Shown here: in pieces, positions 1-13,649 of the stretch
Layout: each line of letters opens with the position of its first letter
How positions within the stretch are numbered: position 1 is the stretch's first letter
Assembly (NCBI GenBank): GCA_907165135.1
Contig: OU015567.1
Coordinates: forward strand, 1,550,001 to 1,614,000
Length of the DNA stretch: 64,000 bases
Reading direction: 5' to 3'
From: Oikopleura dioica
Taxonomy: Eukaryota; Animalia; Chordata
Program-made: the position numbers and the translations under genes
Notes under the pieces: generated by a model
Database searches by the model: none
Told to the model about the DNA's origin: nothing
The model's input: only the letters and a program-made list of their open reading frames with translations

Positions 1-131
1 GATAAAGATCGTTTTTTACATGTCACGAAATCTTGCCTGCCTTACTTGCCTGAAGATTTTATCGATTTTTATCGCTCCAGTTACAGTCTATCCTCCCGAA
101 TATATTTCATGTAATTTATCGTTCTCTCTAG

Positions 132-566
132 CAATATATTCAACTCTCTGGCCGACTTCTGATGGTCTTGATGTTCATGACTCTCATCAAATTCAACTGG
201 GACACGCAAAACGTAAGCCTTCCCCCTCCCGTCTCTCGCCTACCCTTTTTCTCAGGTTATCGCCATCATTTTCGGTCTTCCACTGGTGCTCATGGTCGCT
301 GCTGGCTACAAAACGAAACTCGTCTCTGTTGCTCTTATCTTCTTGCTCTTCGTCCACAACATGAGATATAACAACTTCTGGAGACACAGGTACGTTTATA
401 GACGAAAAAAGCTGTTTTCAAGCCATATTTTAGCGTGAAAACGTACATTTTCGACTTCAAAAAGTTCGATTTCTTCCAAGGACTCTCCGTTATTGGCGGA
501 ATTATTCAATTGATCGTCTACGGCCCTGGAGGACTCTCAGTCGATGATAGACTAAAGGCCGAATAA
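132..566 (+). CDS. SURF4: Surfeit locus protein 4 (ER cargo receptor), 3' exons; 5' part not resolved
   Basis: Spliced translation QYIQLSGRLLMVLMFMTLIKF / VIAIIFGLPLVLMVAAGYKTKLVSVALIFLL / FDFFQGLSVIGGIIQLIVYGPGGLSVDDRLKAE* matches the SURF4 C-terminal half. GT-AG introns; stop at 564-566. Confidence 0.85.
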
Positions 567-1075
567 ACGAAAACAGATCAACGCTCTTTGAGTAAACCTA
601 CAAATCTGCCCAATTCCCCCCTTTTTCGCAAGATCCCAGAGAAGCCAAGCTACTGTAGAAATTACCTAATTCTCGACGGTTCAAATTCAATTTCACAAAT
701 ATCGATCTCGCTTATTTACAAGCACTTTTAGCCGAATTCTGTTACATCCCTTTCAAAGTAGTTAAAATATTCTTTAGTCAACTCAAAGTCTACACTTTTC
801 TGTTGCAAAAGTTTCTCAAACTGTTCCCAATTTCCACATTCTGTTTGAATTTCTGAATGTTTTCAGACGTTTCTTATCACTTTTAGACCAACTTATCAAA
901 AAAAAACAATTTGTGCAATTTCAAAAACTCCGTTCATTATTGTAAAAATAATACATTTCGAATATATATTTCAATCATTTCGACGATTCTTTTTGCAGGC
1001 TGAGAATTTCGATAGCCTTATTTGCATGATTTGTTGGAAAAGGTCAATAAGCATCTTTTTCTTTGAAGAAATGAT

Positions 1076-4000
1076 ATGGGTGACGAAGTCAAAATCGTGA
1101 TCCTTGGGGATCGAGGCGTCGGAAAAACAACTCTCATTCTAACTCTCGTTACTGAGGAGTTCTGTAGCAAGCCGCCAAAGACTCTCAATCGAATCGGCAT
1201 CACTAGTGAAGTTTCGAACCATTCTAGCGCTGGATTGACTTATCTCGTTGATTATTCGTAAGAAGATCATCCTAGAAGGGTTCTTGACGGATATTTCTAG
1301 GGAAGCGAATTCCGAAGAAATCTTGGAAGATGCCGATGTTGTCTGCTTGTGCCACAACGTCCTCGACATCGATTCGCTCTTTGAGTCAGCAGAAAAGTGG
1401 CTTTCGATCGTCAGACTTCAGGCGTACAAAAGTCCGCCTGTGATCATTGTAGGAACGAAGTCTGATGAAATTAAACAGTCAAGGAATGGTTTTCTTAAAA
1501 TTTTAATAATGGAAATGATATGGAATTCTCAAGTGAGGAACCAGACAAAGAAATGCTTTTAACAGTTCTTGGAACGAAAAATGCAAGGCGCTCATGTCCA
1601 GATATCCAGAAGTCGCAAGTAAGAAAAGCAACAAACTTTCGCCAAAGTACTTAGAATTCTAAGTTAGAAAATTGAATATTATTCAAAATGTGATAGAAAG
1701 TTTCTAAAAGAGACCATAAGAGTATACTGAATAGTGATAAGTCATGAATTAAATTGCTCACGAAGTTGATAAAATAAATCACTAGATTTGAATTTAAAAT
1801 ACATAGCATCGTCATAACTTATAAGTTATAACGGCTCTATATAACGTTCTTAATATCTATAGACGTGCTTTTTTTAAGGTTATGCAATTTATTTCACCCA
1901 CTTCCTCATTTTTAGACCCAGAACACCATACATATTTGGAATCAGTGGAGAAAATCTAAAAACTTGACCGTTTTAGTTTTCCGAAATTCACTTCCGGTAA
2001 CGATTCTAGAGCCGGAAGTAGGCGAAATTTTGGAGTCATGGTAAAGTGTGACCTATCAAATTGATGCGCAGATGATTCTCAGTCATCTCATCATCAACTT
2101 ATTTGAAGAAACAGTCTTAAACGCGGTTAAACTGACCGGTAAAACTATGAAAAAAGCATGATTTAATGAGAGATTTTCCAATTTTTACCGGTCGTTTACC
2201 GGCGTTTTTTGACCGCGGTTGGACTCGGTTCCGGTCATAAATGACTGGATTTGTTGTAAGCTTTAATTTGATAGGTCATATGTATGTATTTCTTATAAAT
2301 TTCGTGGACTTCCGGCTCTAGAATCGTTACCGGAAGTGAATTTCGAAAAACTAAAACGGTCAAGTTTTTAGGTTTTCTCCACTGATTCCAAATATGTATG
2401 GTGTTCTGGGTCTAAAAATGAGGAAGTGGGTGAAATAAATTGCATAACCTTAAAAAAGCACGTCATAGTAGTCTATTAGACACGAAACATAGTTCTGAAT
2501 CAGATACTGATCTTGATAGATAGAACAACTTCAGGCGCAATGGAATGCTCTTCAAAACTCAACCTCGGCGTGCTAAATGTCTTCGTCGACGCCCAGAAAT
2601 GTGCACTCTACCCACTTTGCCCAGTTTTCAATGCCCGTTCGGGTAAATTAACGCTTGAAGCTTCAAGCGCTCTTCGTCGCGTTTTCCACATTGCAGATAT
2701 TAACTACGACGGAGTTCTTGATTTTGGAGAACTTGGCGAGCTCCAGAGAAAGGCTTTCAACACGCATCTTGGAGATCAAGGTTAGTAAACTCTTTATTAA
2801 TTGTCCTGACATTCCATCTTTCCCTTGAAGGCTATGAAGATATCCGACATCTGATTCATTCTTCAATCCAAAACGGAGTCGTGAAACAAGGAATCACCAT
2901 CGAAGGCTTTTTCGCATTACAAGCAGAGCTTTGTAAAAATCTCAAACAAGAAGTTGTCTGGACGCTTCTCAAAGCGTTTGGGTACACTTTGAAATGCGGG
3001 GAAGTTCGATTGGAGCTACATCCTTTTCTGAGGTTTGGCAATCATCATTTTCATAGTTGAAAACAGTTTTAGTTCTCTGCGCTTGAACCCTGATCCAAAG
3101 AAAAACTCCCTCTCCGATTCTTCGATTGATTTCTTGAGAAACTGTTTCTCAAAAGTCGACGCTGAAAAAGAAGGAATAATTGACTCCGCAAAGATAAAGA
3201 AGATCTTCTCTGGTTGCGAGTGGATTCCTCGCGAATTCGACCTGTCTTTAGATTCAACGCCAGTTTATCTCGTCTCAGGAAGACAGGTGATAACGATGGA
3301 TAGCTGGATCGCCCGGTGGGAGCTTTTTATGCTCTTGGATTGTGAAAAATGCTTGACGACGATCATTCTTCTTGGCGTTGTTCACTCGTCTTTTGGGCTC
3401 AATGAAAAGGTTTTTTGGCGATACTGAGTGCTCTTTTCTTTATTTATTTTTCAGCTTACAACTTCTGCGGTTCAAAAAGTCGTGAAAATCGGCGCCCAAC
3501 TCCCTTCGAGACCCATCGTCGTCGCCGTCTGTGGAGATCGAATGACTGGCAAATCTTCAGTAGTCAACTGTCTCGTGAAAAATAACAAGTTCAAGCAATC
3601 AATCACTTCAAAACGAATCAACCTTGATGACCTCACAGTAAGTAAAAAACCATAAAAGCAGCTTTTGCTTGAAAATGTATTCTAAATGGATCACCATCGT
3701 GAACTGATAAAATGACCATCTCGTTCATAGGACGGATGATTACATAGGTAGCAAGGTAAAATTTAGATTTCAAATACATCGTTTAGTAAACCCAAAAATA
3801 CGTTTTAGATTACGCTAATTCTTCAAGAAGTTCCCCTCGACGAGCTCGACTCAATCTGCGCCGATGCCATTCTAGCAACTTACAGCACTAGCGCCGACTC
3901 TTCCCAGCAAACTCTTCTATCAAAACTCAAAGCACGGAAAAAACTACGAATCAACGTTCCTGAAATAATTCTATGCAAAACGCGAGCCGATTTGCGCTCT

Positions 4001-4279
4001 TCGTCGGCGTCTCTTTCTGATGAGGTGAAAAAGAAAGGTCTTTTTGTGGCTCATTTTCTGTTTTAGATTATAAGAGAGTTTTCGAAATTCAAAGGAGAAG
4101 TTCTCTTCTACGGCGAAAATACCTCGGAGGAATTTTACTCAAACCTTGTCGAAATTATTCTCAAGCAAAATGGAGTGTATTTCAATCGACCCTGGTCTCG
4201 CTTCATGCGAAAATCATGCCTTCTTCTTTCTCAGGTGCCATCTTTTTCGCTACTTGTTCTTTATGTTCTTCTAGCCTGA
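1076..4279 (+). CDS. RHOT1: Mitochondrial Rho GTPase (Miro), multi-exon
   Basis: N-terminal P-loop GDRGVGKT, G4-like IIVGTKSDE, EF-hand region RRVFHIADINYDGVLDFGEL, GITIEGF...WTLLKAFGY, second EF region FSKVDAEKEG, second P-loop GDRMTGKS, hydrophobic C-tail ending LLVLYVLLA* (stop 4277-4279). Confidence 0.9.
1863..2463. mobile_element. MITE-like foldback element in a Miro intron
   Basis: ~155-bp near-perfect terminal inverted repeats (acgtgctttttttaaggttatgc...agagccggaag / cttccggctct...ccttaaaaaagcacgt) around a non-coding core; ATAG occurs at both flanks with a 1-nt offset. Confidence 0.85.
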
Positions 4280-4475
4280 CTGGATGACGCTCTCAATATC
4301 ATTTGGCGTCGGAGTCGTCCTTCTCGCTGCTTATTCCAAGATCAAATCATGATGTTTAATGTTACAGTGTTCCTTCATTCTTGCTTTCAATTTGAAAATT
4401 TTTAACTGTTTGCCTATCCTGCCAAGACATTAACAACAATAATGCTACAATATACATCGTTCTTGTCTACATAGA

Positions 4476-5296
4476 ATGCTTGCAATGCGAGTACCATTTT
4501 TTGGGACTCAAAAGCGATTTCTGTCATTTTCAAAAGAAATTCGGGCAAAAGCTACGAGTCTCAGTCGAACAGATGTAGAAAGTGGCTCTTGGGTTTGTGT
4601 GACGAAAACTGCTCAACGGGAGCTCGCGAAAAGAGGGAAGAAGAGAGTGGGGAGACTGGAGCTGGAAAAGTTTCGGAATGAGATGATGTTCAATTCGGCA
4701 CTTGATTTCAGAAGGAGAACAATAGGTTCGTAGTCGAGGATGTGAAATTTTGCCCAAAGGTTTGACCAAAGAACTTATCAACTTCAATTTAATGCTTTCA
4801 TTTTTCCGATCCATGATAGACCTTATTACTGTTTTCACATCACATCTACATCGAGATTATGGTCTCTGTATCGAATCTTTCTGCTTCCGCAAATAAAATC
4901 ATTCTTAGGTCTTGTGGGCATGGGATGGTTTGCTCTTACTGCAGTCACTTTCCTTCACTTCAAAAACGCATCAGCAGAAGAATCACGCGAAATTATTCAA
5001 ATTTACATGGCTAGTTGTTTCATTTTTGGTATGAAAGATTCGGCATTGATTCTTTAATATCGATTCCACTATTTTCAGTCGTTTATCTTCTTCAACAATT
5101 ATGCCGAGGAAGAAGAGTTGGCTTCGTAAAAAATATTTACGTCAACAAAAATGGCGATCTGGCGCTTCTGACTCAATCTTTGACTACACGATTTCCGCAA
5201 GGAGCGGTTCACGAGGGAAAGTTCAGGGATGTAAAGATCTTCGTCAATATTTCTTCACAAGACGGCGATTTCACGGTGATTCCAGGAATGGGTTAA
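4476..5296 (+). CDS. Hypothetical protein, possibly mitochondrial membrane (TMEM70/186/223-like layout, tentative)
   Basis: Basic N-terminus MLAMRVPFFGTQKRFLSFSK resembles a transit peptide; hydrophobic segments near 4910-5100; C-terminal exon ...VKNIYVNKNGDLALLT...VIPGMG*. Family not established. Confidence 0.5.
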
Positions 5297-5589
5297 TCTC
5301 AAGTCATTTTTGATTGATTGGCTATAATTTATAGCCTATAAAGATAATTTAATTATTAACTTAGTTATTATAATAACTTGGTATATACCATGTCTATCAG
5401 TGACTTTATCATAATTACAATATAAATTACTTTGTCTTGATTTCATAGATTATTGTGGTCATTAGTAAATTTATAATTTATACTATTACATACAACTATC
5501 GGTGCAGACTCCGTGGAGCATCCGACATACTATGAATGTACATATTGTAGTGTTTATCATTCTATTAAAAAATTCAGTCTCCCACTGAC

Positions 5590-6959
5590 CCGGAGAGTCG
5601 TTTGCGGATTTCTTTTATGGTCTTTGCCATTTTAGCCTTATTCCAACCCATCATAAGCAAATGCCTCTATGCGTGATCAAGTGGAAAGCTTCAAAAAGTA
5701 GCGTAAGCACTACCACTCGTCCTCCTTCGAATCTGATCTTTTCAGCCAGTTGAGCTTGAATGGCGAGCCTTCCAATTTTCTTGACAAGATGGCGTTTTCG
5801 ATGATCTCGGACATGGAAGTTTTGAAAGAATCAAGAATTCCTCCAGAACCAAAACGAGGGGCGATCGTTGTTTTTCCTCCTGGACTTGAGTTGTCCGAGA
5901 ACTTGAGTAGATTTCACACATTTGCTCTTGTCATAAGCGATGAAGACTTGAAAGGAAACGGTTCAATAATTCAATATAGATAGTCAATCTCAAAACGCTC
6001 TTCTTGGAAATTTAAAGACGCTCAAGTTAAACCTGCCAAAAGATATTGTAACGTACGCAGCTGACAACCCTGAAGTGATGAGCCGCAGCTTATTTATTAA
6101 TCAGCTTTTAAACTGTCTCCAAAAATGAACAATGTTCAGTGAACAAATTTGACCTCAACTTGAGGTCCTCAAGTTTCTTTCAATAAAAATTTAAAATATA
6201 TTTTCAACATGAAAACATCTTGATCTTTAAAATTCTAAGTGATGTAGGCATCTATCAACTGCATTTCAGGGGTCAGAGCAGCTTTATTTTGGCAGATATT
6301 AAATATAGCAAACTTTAGGAAAAATATAATAAACCTCCTTATTAACGCCGAAAATCAAAGTTCCGCTTATCCGGCGAAAATGAGACAAAAGAAACTTTTT
6401 TGGTACTTGATCGATAAGTAAAATCTTGCCAAAGAATACATCTAGTGAAACTAATTCCTGGAAATGAGGTTTTCGCGAAAATCACTGTCCGTTATTAATG
6501 AGGAGCTTTAGATGGCGTTCTTTATTAGGTGTATAAGCAGTGGCGTGCTGCAATTGTAAATGAAAACGCGCAGAGCTTTCAGAAGCTTTTTCTGACCACA
6601 TAATGAAGATTTTATTGACCTTTTTGGAAATATATTTTGTGTTGGCTGATAGAAAATTAGAGGATGCTCACAAGTCGGCTCCGGAGATTCTAGCAGCAGG
6701 TTTTTCTTTATCAGTTTCTATATAGATATTCATTCAGTCTAGTCAGTTCTTACTTGAGTAAGAATAAGCCTAATCGTCATATATGTCCTAAGTACTTTTC
6801 ATAGCAATTATCAAATGTACTTTTGCCAAAAGTACAGACTGTTCATCATTAAAAGTCATTTATGGGTTTCAATTATTTACTTTTCTAGCGTACAAGCCGA
6901 TGATCACTGATGAAGGCCGTCTTGATCTTTCAAACCCTTATGCTCGCCTCTATCAGTAA
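5590..6959 (+). CDS. Hypothetical multi-exon protein
   Basis: Series of open segments bounded by GT/AG (e.g. intron gtaagc...ttcag ~5703-5746, ORF 5750-5983, last exon AYKPMITDEGRLDLSNPYARLYQ*). Start not resolved. Confidence 0.35.
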
Positions 6960-7245
6960 GTCTTTCAAAAAGGATTTCTATCATGCTCTTTCTAGTAAAT
7001 TTCATCTCCTCAACCACGGTCAAAATATGTTTTACCACGACTACTATCATTATTAATCTGCAATAAAAACACTCTTTTCTTTAATTTTTCTTATTGCTAA
7101 AATGCTTTTGTTTATTTTAACGAGTTTATAAAATATTATAATATGAAGAAAATGGTGATTTTGCACAGGTGTCTGACTTTCTTAAAGATACAAGGTTCAA
7201 ACAGATGGAAGACTTGAATATTTATACAGTTCTTGATTTTCGATT

Positions 7246-9330
7246 TCAATCATACGGCGAATACTCGTCAGGCTTAAATTTTTGATTAAATCTTTTTGTG
7301 TCGGAAAAAAGAAGCTTACCTTGTCAAGCCATTTGTCCGAGCTCCGTCGACGGGCATTCATAAAGAAGTTCGATACTGTACTTAACTCCAATCCAAGCTG
7401 CGCCGCGATTGTCAGCTGAATCTCCTTTGATGGGCGCTTATTCTCTTTAAAAATCTGGTGCAGCGTTCGACGCTGATGGTCCGTGAAGACTAAGCGCGGC
7501 TTTTTCGTTGTGGATTCTGAAAAAAATATTAATTGAATGAAAAGCTCTCCAGGATTTAAAAGGGAAATTACCATTTCGAGTTCGCTCTTCGTCTTTTCTT
7601 CGGCAAGCAGCGAGTCGGAGGGAGCTCATTCGCTGGAACTCGGGTTCTTGCAGCCAAGATTGCATCCGGCGGAAAGTCTCGCGGCCGGATTTAAGCTTCG
7701 ACCAAGGCTTTGGGTTGCGAAGCAGATCGGAGAGGGTACCCTTTGAAAAACCGTTGAATGAAAACAACAAGGACTCTCTCTCTCTACCTGGCTTCGGCAA
7801 AGAACTCGTTGTGCGAAAATTGCCTGTGGAATCGAATATCGCTTCAGCTCGGCGGTAATCTGTTGAGCTACCAGCTTTGTGTTTATTTCATCAATCCCTG
7901 TAATGGGCTCGGAGACCTTCGATGTTCTTTTGCTTTTGTTGCTTTGCTCCTCGACGATTTTTAGTTCCGGCTGAAGGCGATAGTATAACCGTTTTGATTC
8001 AAAACTTTTGAAAGTAAAGATTTGACTTACAGATGCCTTGAAAATGTCGTATTCGCAGTCGGTCTCGACAGGCTGCGCTTGAAGGACTGGGATGTGAATA
8101 TCCTGGCCTCTTTCTTGTTGGCATCTGACTACTGGTGCTACTCGAGTTGATGAGCTACGCTGCGGTTCGGTCCTGTATTCGGTCTTTATATTGCTCAGAA
8201 CAGGGCTCTAGAAATTGAATAAGCGCTATCTCGGTATATTCAAACTTACCAATAATGTGGAGTCATCATTTTGGTCCATGATCGTATCGAGTTCATCAGT
8301 CTGCTTTTGCTCTTGAGACGTTTCAATCGCACTTTGCGGAACGACTTCTAGAAACACCGCGTTTTCCGGCACCCCGTGAAAGGCTGTGGTGTTGATGATG
8401 TTGACTACCCCACAGTCGCGTTCCAATACTCCAGTTGTGTATCCAGTCGTCCAGTTTCCATTGACGGTCGTGATCGTCATTGGTTGGGAACCACTGGAGA
8501 CATTTATATCCGAAACTATAAAAATTATGTTTTTGAAGAACCTTAATACTTGAGTCTATGGGCTATCTATTAATTTTTCACGAACTAAAAAGCTGGATTA
8601 TCTCCTTCTTCTACAGCAAAAATTAAGCGCCTACCATTGAGCAGATTTTCATACCTGGAATCGCCTGAGTTTTGGCATCAAGAGGAACGACCATTGTCCC
8701 CGAAAGTGGAGGCAGAGCATGACCCATTCCATTGATTTTAGGAACTTCATATGTATCAATACTCGGACAATTAACAATCGAAAACGACCCTAAAAATGAG
8801 GTTAGCGTTGTTCTTATGCTTATGAATATTTAAAAGAGCTTATATAAGAGTACGATTGATTGTCAAAGAAGAGAAAGAAAAGTGAATCGAACGACGAGAA
8901 CGACAAGAGTTATCGATTATAGAGCAAAGACAACTTGATCGATAAGGTCCAATTGACCTGAGCCTCATCGGCACAGTCAGATCGCACTCAATACGAACGC
9001 TCTTGTCAGAGATCTGTCGCGCGCAGAAAGTGACTTTCAAAGAAAGAGAAGCTTGTTTTGTCTTTCATCGTAATAAAGAGGCATAAGGATAGCACCTGTA
9101 CCTGATACGCGGGATGAAGAAATAGTCTGGATTGGCGGGAGCTTTGTTGAGTCCGTCAGCGTAGTCGTTGTTGTTGTCAACGGAGTTAGGGTTGTATACT
9201 GACCCTGAAAGAAGAGATGTTTGATTGTGATCAAAGAAAATATTCCGAGAAATTAAAAAAAATTATCGTGAAAAACGAGGAGCTGTACCTGTTGATTTTC
9301 ATCGTCACCTTCTGTCTTTGTTATAAAAAA
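7246..9330 (-). CDS. ONECUT: ONECUT (CUT + homeodomain) transcription factor; 5' end not resolved
   Basis: CUT domain DEINTKLVAQQITAELKRYSIPQAIFAQRVLCRSQ/GTLSDLLRNPKPWSKLKSGRETFRRM; homeodomain KKPRLVFTDHQRRTL...VSNFFMNARRR; N-terminal YTTLTPL...LPPI box at ~9100-9200; predicted last exon PDEYSPYD*. Confidence 0.92.
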
Positions 9331-10516
9331 ATTCGTGTCTTTTGAAGAAATCAAAATAAGGATCTCCTTGGAAGATATTTTGATATCTAAAATAGGGCTT
9401 TATAGAATTTTTTTCAAAATGCCCGAACAAAAGCCCAAACCTGACTCTTTTGATTCCGCCATAAAAATATGTAGCAAATGAGCATTCTAGCGCAAAAGAG
9501 GTCGTTTTAATGTATACTTTTATTGATTTCGAAGCATTTCAAAAATTGTTATCATATTTTTTTTATAAAAATTTTGGTAAAAAAAAAATTAAAAATGATA
9601 ATTTGATAAGATTGTTGATTCCCGTTGCCTGATGTGTACTGAACATAAGATTCATGAGCTCGTGCCTCCATTCAGATTACGATAACCTGCAATTGATCAA
9701 TTATATTGATATTCTCTGTGTATTGATTTCGGTGTATGCGGGGCTCGCTCGGTTCAATAAAACGAGAAGTCGGGAGGAGAGAGCGTACGCCGATGGGACT
9801 TCGGTGCTCCTCGCGCTGCAACAGGGGATTCGAAAAATCGATCAATTCCAACGATCCGCCAATGCTGCACGGCGTTGAGACACGCACCCAAGCACACGTC
9901 CCTCGGGGCAGATGTAACTTGAGGCTGCATGAACCTTCTAGCCAGCACGAGTCTTCTCGTACTTTTTTTTCTCCATAAATCTGAAAACTCTCTAGAGTCT
10001 AGACTCTAGACCAAATCGAAAAACTAAAAATTTAAATCATGATTGAAATTTGAGATTTCATATCTAACATTTCGGTCTTGCTACTAGAAAATCCAAATCG
10101 CGGTATTTCTCAGTCACAAAATCCCTAGAAGGCGGTTCAGAATCTGAACTTCAGATTAGCGTGAGGGTTCGGGTTTGGGCCTAACCCTAACCGTTAGGGT
10201 AAGGATTCAGCGACTCATTAGCACATTGTTTCGTAGAGTTCAAATATAGAAAGAGAATATTTTCAAATATTGAATTCTACATCGGAAAATATGTCATTTT
10301 ATCCGATCCTCCGTGCCCGCAACTAGTGACAACTGCTGCGATTTGACAGACTGTCATTAAAAGAATTATTCCAATGAAAATTCAAGTACCTTGTCATCCA
10401 CAACATCGCGAACGCGCTTTTTTCTTATCAATATTGCATCTGGATTTTTAATAAGAAATAAGGCAGTGTTATTTATGCCGTTATCAATTTGATAATCACA
10501 GATTATTCGAGAAAAC

Positions 10517-13173
10517 ATGAGGATTCTTTTGGTACTTTTCTTTCTTCATCAGGCCATGAGCTTTTCTTCCCCTCAGCCAAGACGACTTAGGAACTTGTTT
10601 GCGAAACGATCTCCCTTGGTAAGAAAAAAAAGGATTGCCTGAACTAAATCGCTGATTTTTAGACCTTCAAAGTCACGAATCCTTGGCTAAGCGCCTTGAG
10701 TTTGCAAGACCCTCGACTTGAAGATGAAGAAGAAAATATGTCTTCAGCGAAAAAGACCTTTATTGAAGCTTTGAATTCCCTCGGATAATCGAATAAAATT
10801 GACCTTCTTTGTGCTCCTTCCCCTTTGCCGACGCGAATCGTAAAATAAATTATACGAAACAGATTTACGAACAAAAAATAAAAATAAAAACTTTACGGTT
10901 ATGTAGTCGAAAGCGAGAGCTGCTCTCTCGATCCGCGCTCCGCCAGAACCTATTTTTCACGGAGCCGTAAAATCTGAACGGATAAAGATTTTTTCAAAAT
11001 TCAAAAAGATTCTGAATAACCAAAGTAACATCTATAAACACAGCAAAAATCGTAATGATTGTCAAAGAGTAACTATCTGAAAATTGCCAGTTTCCTTCAA
11101 ATGACATTTTCTTCGACATTTCTCATCCAAAATTTGCAACAGAGTAAGTTCGCGGGAGGTCATTTTTGAAAAATCATCCTTCAAGGTTTGCGAAATTGAC
11201 GCCAGATGATTATATGTTCGACCCGGAAGATATCTGGGATAAATGGATCGTTCACTTGGAAGAATACTGGTCGGGCACTCCTCCGGGATTTGTAGCAGAC
11301 TTCCTTTTCTATTGTCGCAATCCGTTTAAAATGTTTAATGCATATTATTTCGACGATTATGATTACGATTTCACCGGTGTTAACATTCAAAAAGCTTGTA
11401 TTGAGTGGCTTCATTACATTTATTTTGAAATAGAGGACTACGAATACAATGGCGACTGTGAATTTGGCCAGATAGAGGAACCTTGGGATGAATTTTTGTT
11501 TCCCTTTTCTAGTACAACGCAAGAAACGACAACGACCAAACAAGCTTGGATGATATATTTTGCGGCCTTAGAATTTCTGATAAAGAAACCTTAAATTTCA
11601 GTCCTTAAATGATTCCATAACCAGCTTCTAACGATCTCAAACCCAACACGCGGCTTTCTGATATAGAGAACCTGGATGTTTTGGAAGATCTTCTCATGAT
11701 TATGACATCAGAGCCAATAAAAGTAGATGTTCAAGTGGAATTGGTGAGCTTGAATGAGATGAACTTGGCGGATAGTTACATGGATACAACGATTGTTCTT
11801 TACACTTCCTGTGAAGGTATCTCATTTGACAATTCAAGGTGCATAATCTTAAAATAAGATCCAAGACTGAAGTGGTATCGAGAAGAGTTCAACAACACGC
11901 AAAAAATCATCATTGATCCCAATCTCGTCTGGACGCCGCCGATTGAAATAGTTAATCTTGTTCAATGGGGAAATTACGGAATAGTAAGCTAAAGATGCTT
12001 CAATACCATTTTCATATTAATTCAAGGTAGAAGACTACAGTTGCCGTGTAAATTATCGAGGCAAAGTAAGCATGGCCCGTAAGCTTTCGATCGCCACTGC
12101 ATGTGATATGAGTCCGGCGCTCTATCCTTATGATATTCAAGAATGTCATATCATGATATCCACCCCTGGTTTTTCAATGGATTTATTTGAGATTTTCGTC
12201 AACAAGTGGATACGCAAAAATGGCAAAACTCTTACACAGGAATGGATAAGTGAAAAGAAACTGGGCTACAATGAGACGAAACTCGAAGCATTGCAAAATG
12301 TATTTTACGATGCGAATCCGGAGTGGACCTTTCTAGGATACCAATTCAATGATGCAGCGATTACTGGAATTAGCGGGAAGGAATATTCTAGAGTCGTAGG
12401 CACAGGCTCAATCCTTATTCAGGATGTCCCGTAAATGTATTTACTCAAAAAAAATATTGATTCGAGTCAATTAAAAGTCTCTTTCGCGATTGCCAGAAAT
12501 ACCGCTTTTTACCAGCTGACGTTATTTTTGCCTATTGTATGCATCAGCATCTTGGTCGTTCTTGGCATTTGGATGCCGGTTGGGGAGCAGATTGGCTTCC
12601 AAGTTACAATGTTGCTAACAATGGTTGTCTACCTCGATGTTCTAGCTAGGTACAATAATAAATAAAGCACCAGAACTCACGATGCTTTCAAAGTTCCGTC
12701 CCAATTTTCAAGGACATATCAATCGCGCCACGATTACTGGTCATGTTCGTCACAATAACTCTTGGAAGCGTCGTCGCTCATTTCATCACTAGTATGTTTT
12801 AATTAATTTCTTTTATAATTTCTTGATAAAATCAGCGATCAATCTTTGGTGCCACGAAAAATCATCTGACACTGTTTTCTCTTTCACCCAATTTCGGGCA
12901 AAATTTGCCTGCGGACTTGCGAAGTTCTTCGAAATCCTGAAACAACGAAAATACAGACTTCCGACCGTCGTAGCTAAACTGGCTAATGGCGACGAAGTTG
13001 ATGACAAAGAGAACGAAGAAGCGTTTCAAGAAGCTTGGGCGTTTTACGGGAAGATGTTTTCTCATTTGTGGGGCTTGATTCTTTCTGTTCTTATTATTTT
13101 TGCCATGGTAGTGATTATCATTGATCTGCATGTTGAAAGTGCTCAAGCAAAAGATAAATTTCTTTTTCAATAA
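10517..13173 (+). CDS. Cys-loop ligand-gated ion channel subunit, orphan cation-type
   Basis: DPRLKW...VWTPPIEIVN, Cys-loop CDMSPALYPYDIQEC (C-x13-C), M1 FYQLTLFLPIVCISILVVLGIWMP, M2 GEQIGFQVTMLLTMVVYL, M4 LWGLILSVLIIFAMVVIII. The core 11625-13173 is secure; linkage of the signal-peptide exon MRILLVLFFLHQAMS at 10517 is inferred. Confidence 0.85.
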
Positions 13174-13649
13174 ATTTTTACCTTTTTCTTCCTGCAAAAA
13201 TACTTGCAAATAAATTATGACGCCTGATCTTTTCTTGATGTTTTCAAAATTGTTGAGCGCATGATCGATTGAAGTAGCAAGTAAGCACTTTAGCAATACG
13301 AAGTGGGCTTGGACAAATGGTACTCCAAAATCTGACGCCTTCTTGGCGTGAGAAAAAGAAAGAACGCATAAAGAGAAAAAGAGCTCGACTCCTGAGTTTT
13401 TTCATTATTTTGTTATTTTAGCCGGCTTCTTTATTTCGATTCCAGCTTTTTCGACTTGAATAGAACTGAAAGTGCCAAAACAACTGATCTCCGAGTCGAA
13501 CAACTCTTAATGCTAAGCCATAGGCAAATAGAAAGACGCTGTTGCCCGAGGCGCGTGTAAGCCACAAATACCATACGCAGAACATACACGCGGAAGGACT
13601 CTGGCATTTACAAGTACACAGGAGGAGAGAAAAAAGAAAGAGATACCGG

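Noticed and set aside
10160-10205. Interstitial telomere-like TTAGGG/CCCTAA (also ~32880-32930, ~35695-35765, ~38155)
   Set aside because: Only 1-3 degenerate units each, mostly inside short MITE-like repeats; not a telomeric array.
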